From an uncultured Bacilli bacterium (GTDB taxonomy: Bacteria; Bacillota_I; Bacilli_A; RF39; UBA660): DNA of 64,000 nt. The notes beneath the pieces were generated by a model that saw nothing but the letters and a program-made list of their open reading frames with translations, made no database searches and was not told the origin of the DNA. Each line of letters starts with the position of its first letter. Position 1 is the stretch's first letter. The DNA lies in the NCBI GenBank assembly GCA_944372545.1, contig CALVZO010000016.1, forward strand, positions 21,668 to 85,667, given 5' to 3'. The position numbers were made by a program, and so were the translations under genes. Shown one piece after another: positions 61,540-64,000 of the stretch.

Positions 61540-61944
61540 TTAACCTCTTTTAAATATTAAATATTTTTGAACTAAATAATTTATCATAAATAAGATAAAT
61601 TCAACTGGAACTTTAATAATTGTCGCATTTATTTCTAATAAACTATATAATTTATCTACTAAAAAAGCCGAAATAAACATTTGCACTACAACTAATAAAT
61701 AATAACTAATTAATGTTTTTAATTTATTTTCCTTACTTTTAAATACTTTTTCTCTATTTAATAAATAATTTATAAAAGATGAGATAATTCTTGCAAGTAT
61801 TGTGGCTAATATAATATTTAGAGAAAGTATACTATTAAAAGCAGTAAAAAAGAATATATCGATAAAAAAAGATAGACCCGCAACAAATATATATTTTAAA
61901 AATGTTTCATACTTTTTTATTAAATCAGTTAATTTTTTTAACAT
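61540..61944 (-). CDS. gtrA: GtrA-family 4-TM protein (putative lipid-linked sugar flippase component)
   Basis: 134 aa, 4 TM helices, with the GtrA pattern (GLSFFIDI.F...F...L). Confidence 0.7.
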   Translation of the reverse strand: MLKKLTDLIKKYETFLKYIFVAGLSFFIDIFFFTAFNSILSLNIILATILARIISSFINYLLNREKVFKSKENKLKTLISYYLLVVVQMFISAFLVDKLYSLLEINATIIKVPVEFILFMINYLVQKYLIFKRG

Positions 61945-62004
61945 AAAATCACCAAATAAATTGTATCATTAAATAATAAAAAAATAAATAAGGATTACCC
62001 TTAA

Positions 62005-63774
62005 TTATTTTTCTTCTCTACTTCTTAAATAATTTTGTAAATCTTTAGCGACATTTAATGGAATAATTTCACTTAATTCTTCTAATTTAGCATTTTTAAT
62101 ATTATTAATATTACCATATTTCTTAATTAATTCTTTTTTTCTTTTATTACCAATACCATCAATATTATCTAAGATACTACTAATACTACCCTTACTTCTT
62201 AATGTTTTATGATAATTAATTGTATACCTATGGACTTCATCTTGAATCCTTGTTAAATAATGAAAAACATTACTATCTTTATCAATATTGATAATAGCAT
62301 AAGTATCGCCATCAATTAATTCATGAGTTCTATGTTTATCATTTTTCTTAAGACCACATACTTTTATATTTAAATTAAGTAAGGTAAGTATTTCTTTACA
62401 AGCATTAATTTGATTAATCCCCCCATCTACTAATATTAAATTAGGTAAAAATTTTCCTTCAACTAAGGCTCTTTGATATCTTCTATAAGTAACTTCCTTC
62501 ATCATATTATAGTCATCATTTTTATCTAAACTTATTTTATATTTTCGATATTCATTTTTACTAGGTAATCCATCAATAAATACAACCATACCACTTACTG
62601 AATAAGAGCCAAAAAGATTAGAATTATCAAATGCATCAATTCTTTTTAATTCTGGCAAATTAAGTAATTTTTTTAATTCTGCATTGGCTTCAATTGTCCT
62701 TTTTTCTTCTTTTAAAATCGAAGTCATTTCATTATCTAAATAAATCTTGGCATTAACTTCCGCCATTTTAATTAATTTATTTTTAGTTCCCTTTCCAAAA
62801 GTCAAAAATTTAGTATTTAATAAATCTTCTAATAGTGATGTATCAATATCTTTACTATGTAATATTTCTTTTGGTACTTCATGACGTAAATAAAAATTCA
62901 ATAAATAATAATTTATTTCTTCCATTGGATCTAATTTAATAGTTAATACTTCATTATGACTACCAATTAATTTGTTATTTCTAATAAATAAAATATTAAT
63001 ACCTATATGACCATTGTTTATATAATAACCAACAACATCTCGGTTAATAAAATCATGTAACTCAACTTTTTGTTTATCTAATATAATACTTATATAATTT
63101 AATTCTTCTTTTAATTCTTTGGCTAATTCATAATTTAGATGACTAGAATAATTTTCTATTTTTTCTAAAAGTTTATCTTTAATAATTTTATCATTTCCTC
63201 TTAGAAATGAAAGTATTTCATTTTCCATTAATTCTAACTTCTCTAAATCAATATTTTTTGTACAATAACCTAGACACTCCCCAATATGATAATATAAGCA
63301 AACATTTTTAGGCATACCTTCACATTTTTTTAATGGATATAACCTATTAATAAGGCGTACAATTCTTCTTGCTGCATATGCATTAGGGTATGGTCCAAAA
63401 ATATTTTTCTTATCTTTTTTCTTAATATTTAAATATCTTGATACTTTAACTTGCGGATATGGCTTACTTATATATTCAATATAAGGATAACTCTTATCAT
63501 CTTTTAATAAAATATTATATTTGGGATTATATTCTTTAATTAAATTAATTTCGGCAATAAAGGCTTCCGTTTCCGTATTAGTAACAATATAAGTAAAATC
63601 CACTACTTCACTAACCATTTTTCTTGTTTTACCGGTTACAGTTCCTTTAAAATAACTATTAACTCTTTTATATAAATCTTTTGCTTTGCCTACATAAATT
63701 ATTACCCCATCTTTATTTTTCATTTGATAACTACCTGGTAAGTGAGGTACTAACTTTAACTTTTCCTTTAACAT
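62005..63774 (-). CDS. uvrC: excinuclease ABC subunit C
   Basis: N-terminal GIY-YIG (GSYQMKNKDGVIIYVGKAKDLYKRVNSYF), UvrBC-interaction region, RNase-H-like endonuclease domain and C-terminal HhH. The start is placed at MLKEK. Confidence 0.9.
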   Translation of the reverse strand: MLKEKLKLVPHLPGSYQMKNKDGVIIYVGKAKDLYKRVNSYFKGTVTGKTRKMVSEVVDFTYIVTNTETEAFIAEINLIKEYNPKYNILLKDDKSYPYIEYISKPYPQVKVSRYLNIKKKDKKNIFGPYPNAYAARRIVRLINRLYPLKKCEGMPKNVCLYYHIGECLGYCTKNIDLEKLELMENEILSFLRGNDKIIKDKLLEKIENYSSHLNYELAKELKEELNYISIILDKQKVELHDFINRDVVGYYINNGHIGINILFIRNNKLIGSHNEVLTIKLDPMEEINYYLLNFYLRHEVPKEILHSKDIDTSLLEDLLNTKFLTFGKGTKNKLIKMAEVNAKIYLDNEMTSILKEEKRTIEANAELKKLLNLPELKRIDAFDNSNLFGSYSVSGMVVFIDGLPSKNEYRKYKISLDKNDDYNMMKEVTYRRYQRALVEGKFLPNLILVDGGINQINACKEILTLLNLNIKVCGLKKNDKHRTHELIDGDTYAIINIDKDSNVFHYLTRIQDEVHRYTINYHKTLRSKGSISSILDNIDGIGNKRKKELIKKYGNINNIKNAKLEELSEIIPLNVAKDLQNYLRSREEK

Positions 63775-63839
63775 ATAAATCACTATCAATAGTATAACAT
63801 AAACTTACTAATATATGTTACAATTTAGATGGAGGTATT

Positions 63840-64000
63840 ATGAAACTTTTAAATAAAATTGAAATAATAGAAAAAAAATCAAAATTTATTGCCTACCTTT
63901 ATGAAGTAAATACGAAAGAGGAAGTTACTAGTATTCTTAATGACTTAAAAAAAGAACATAAGAAAGCAAGACATATTCCTTATGCTTATAAAATTGATAA
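63840..64000 (+). CDS. IMPACT/YigZ-family (UPF0029) protein, N-terminal part; continues beyond the window
   Basis: MKLLNKIEIIEKKSKFIAYLYEVNTKEEVTSILNDLKKEHKKARHIPYAYKI matches the YigZ N-terminal pattern (skFia.l..v.seee....l...kk.h.kA.H..yAy). Confidence 0.55.
   Translation, partial: MKLLNKIEIIEKKSKFIAYLYEVNTKEEVTSILNDLKKEHKKARHIPYAYKID

Overview
This window is very AT-rich, uses the standard genetic code, and is packed with housekeeping genes, mostly on the minus strand. TGA is a stop here, because long ORFs such as an 800-aa tRNA synthetase and an 857-aa MutS are intact. The gene content (T-box leaders, obg, ruvAB-queA-tgt, ddl-murF, lipoproteins with lipoboxes) fits a low-GC monoderm Firmicutes/Bacilli-like genome, possibly Erysipelotrichia-like. 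I cannot name the taxon from sequence alone.

Gene order along the window:
- clpB (partial) and zupT, then several small membrane or hypothetical genes.
- tgt and queA, then tmk-pyrH-folD-ruvB-ruvA, obg, and a stand-alone tRNA-Lys gene.
- A tRNA-Ile/tRNA-Glu pair, then two tandem fused ABC-ATPase/FtsX-permease genes.
- padR with a DUF1700::hemolysin-III fusion, then a T-box-controlled ValRS-like synthetase.
- Two WG-repeat membrane-anchored proteins, priA, xseB-xseA-nusB-mutS, a ylbL-like protease, and a three-gene pseudopilin operon.
- A T-box-controlled operon (P-loop kinase plus a short alaS), an AI-2E transporter, and recD2.
- A variable islet of about 3.4 kb bounded by convergent tRNA-Thr and tRNA-Ser genes; it holds a DUF3800 gene, an overlapping small partner ORF and exported hypothetical proteins.
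- An envelope-glycosylation/cell-wall block: ZnuA-like lipoprotein, PAP2, a GT2::GtrA fusion, a phosphodiester glycosidase, ddl, murF, plsC, cyclophilin, acyl-CoA ligase, a GT-C-like membrane protein and gtrA.
- uvrC and the start of a YigZ/IMPACT gene.

The most unusual feature is a tRNA-Lys(CUU) gene split in its anticodon loop by a 252-nt highly structured insertion. It has the hallmarks of a small group I self-splicing intron: the exon ends CUCU, its last U forms a U·G pair with an internal GGAG guide, and the insertion ends in G. All calls were made by eye from the sequence and the ORF track; no searches were run.
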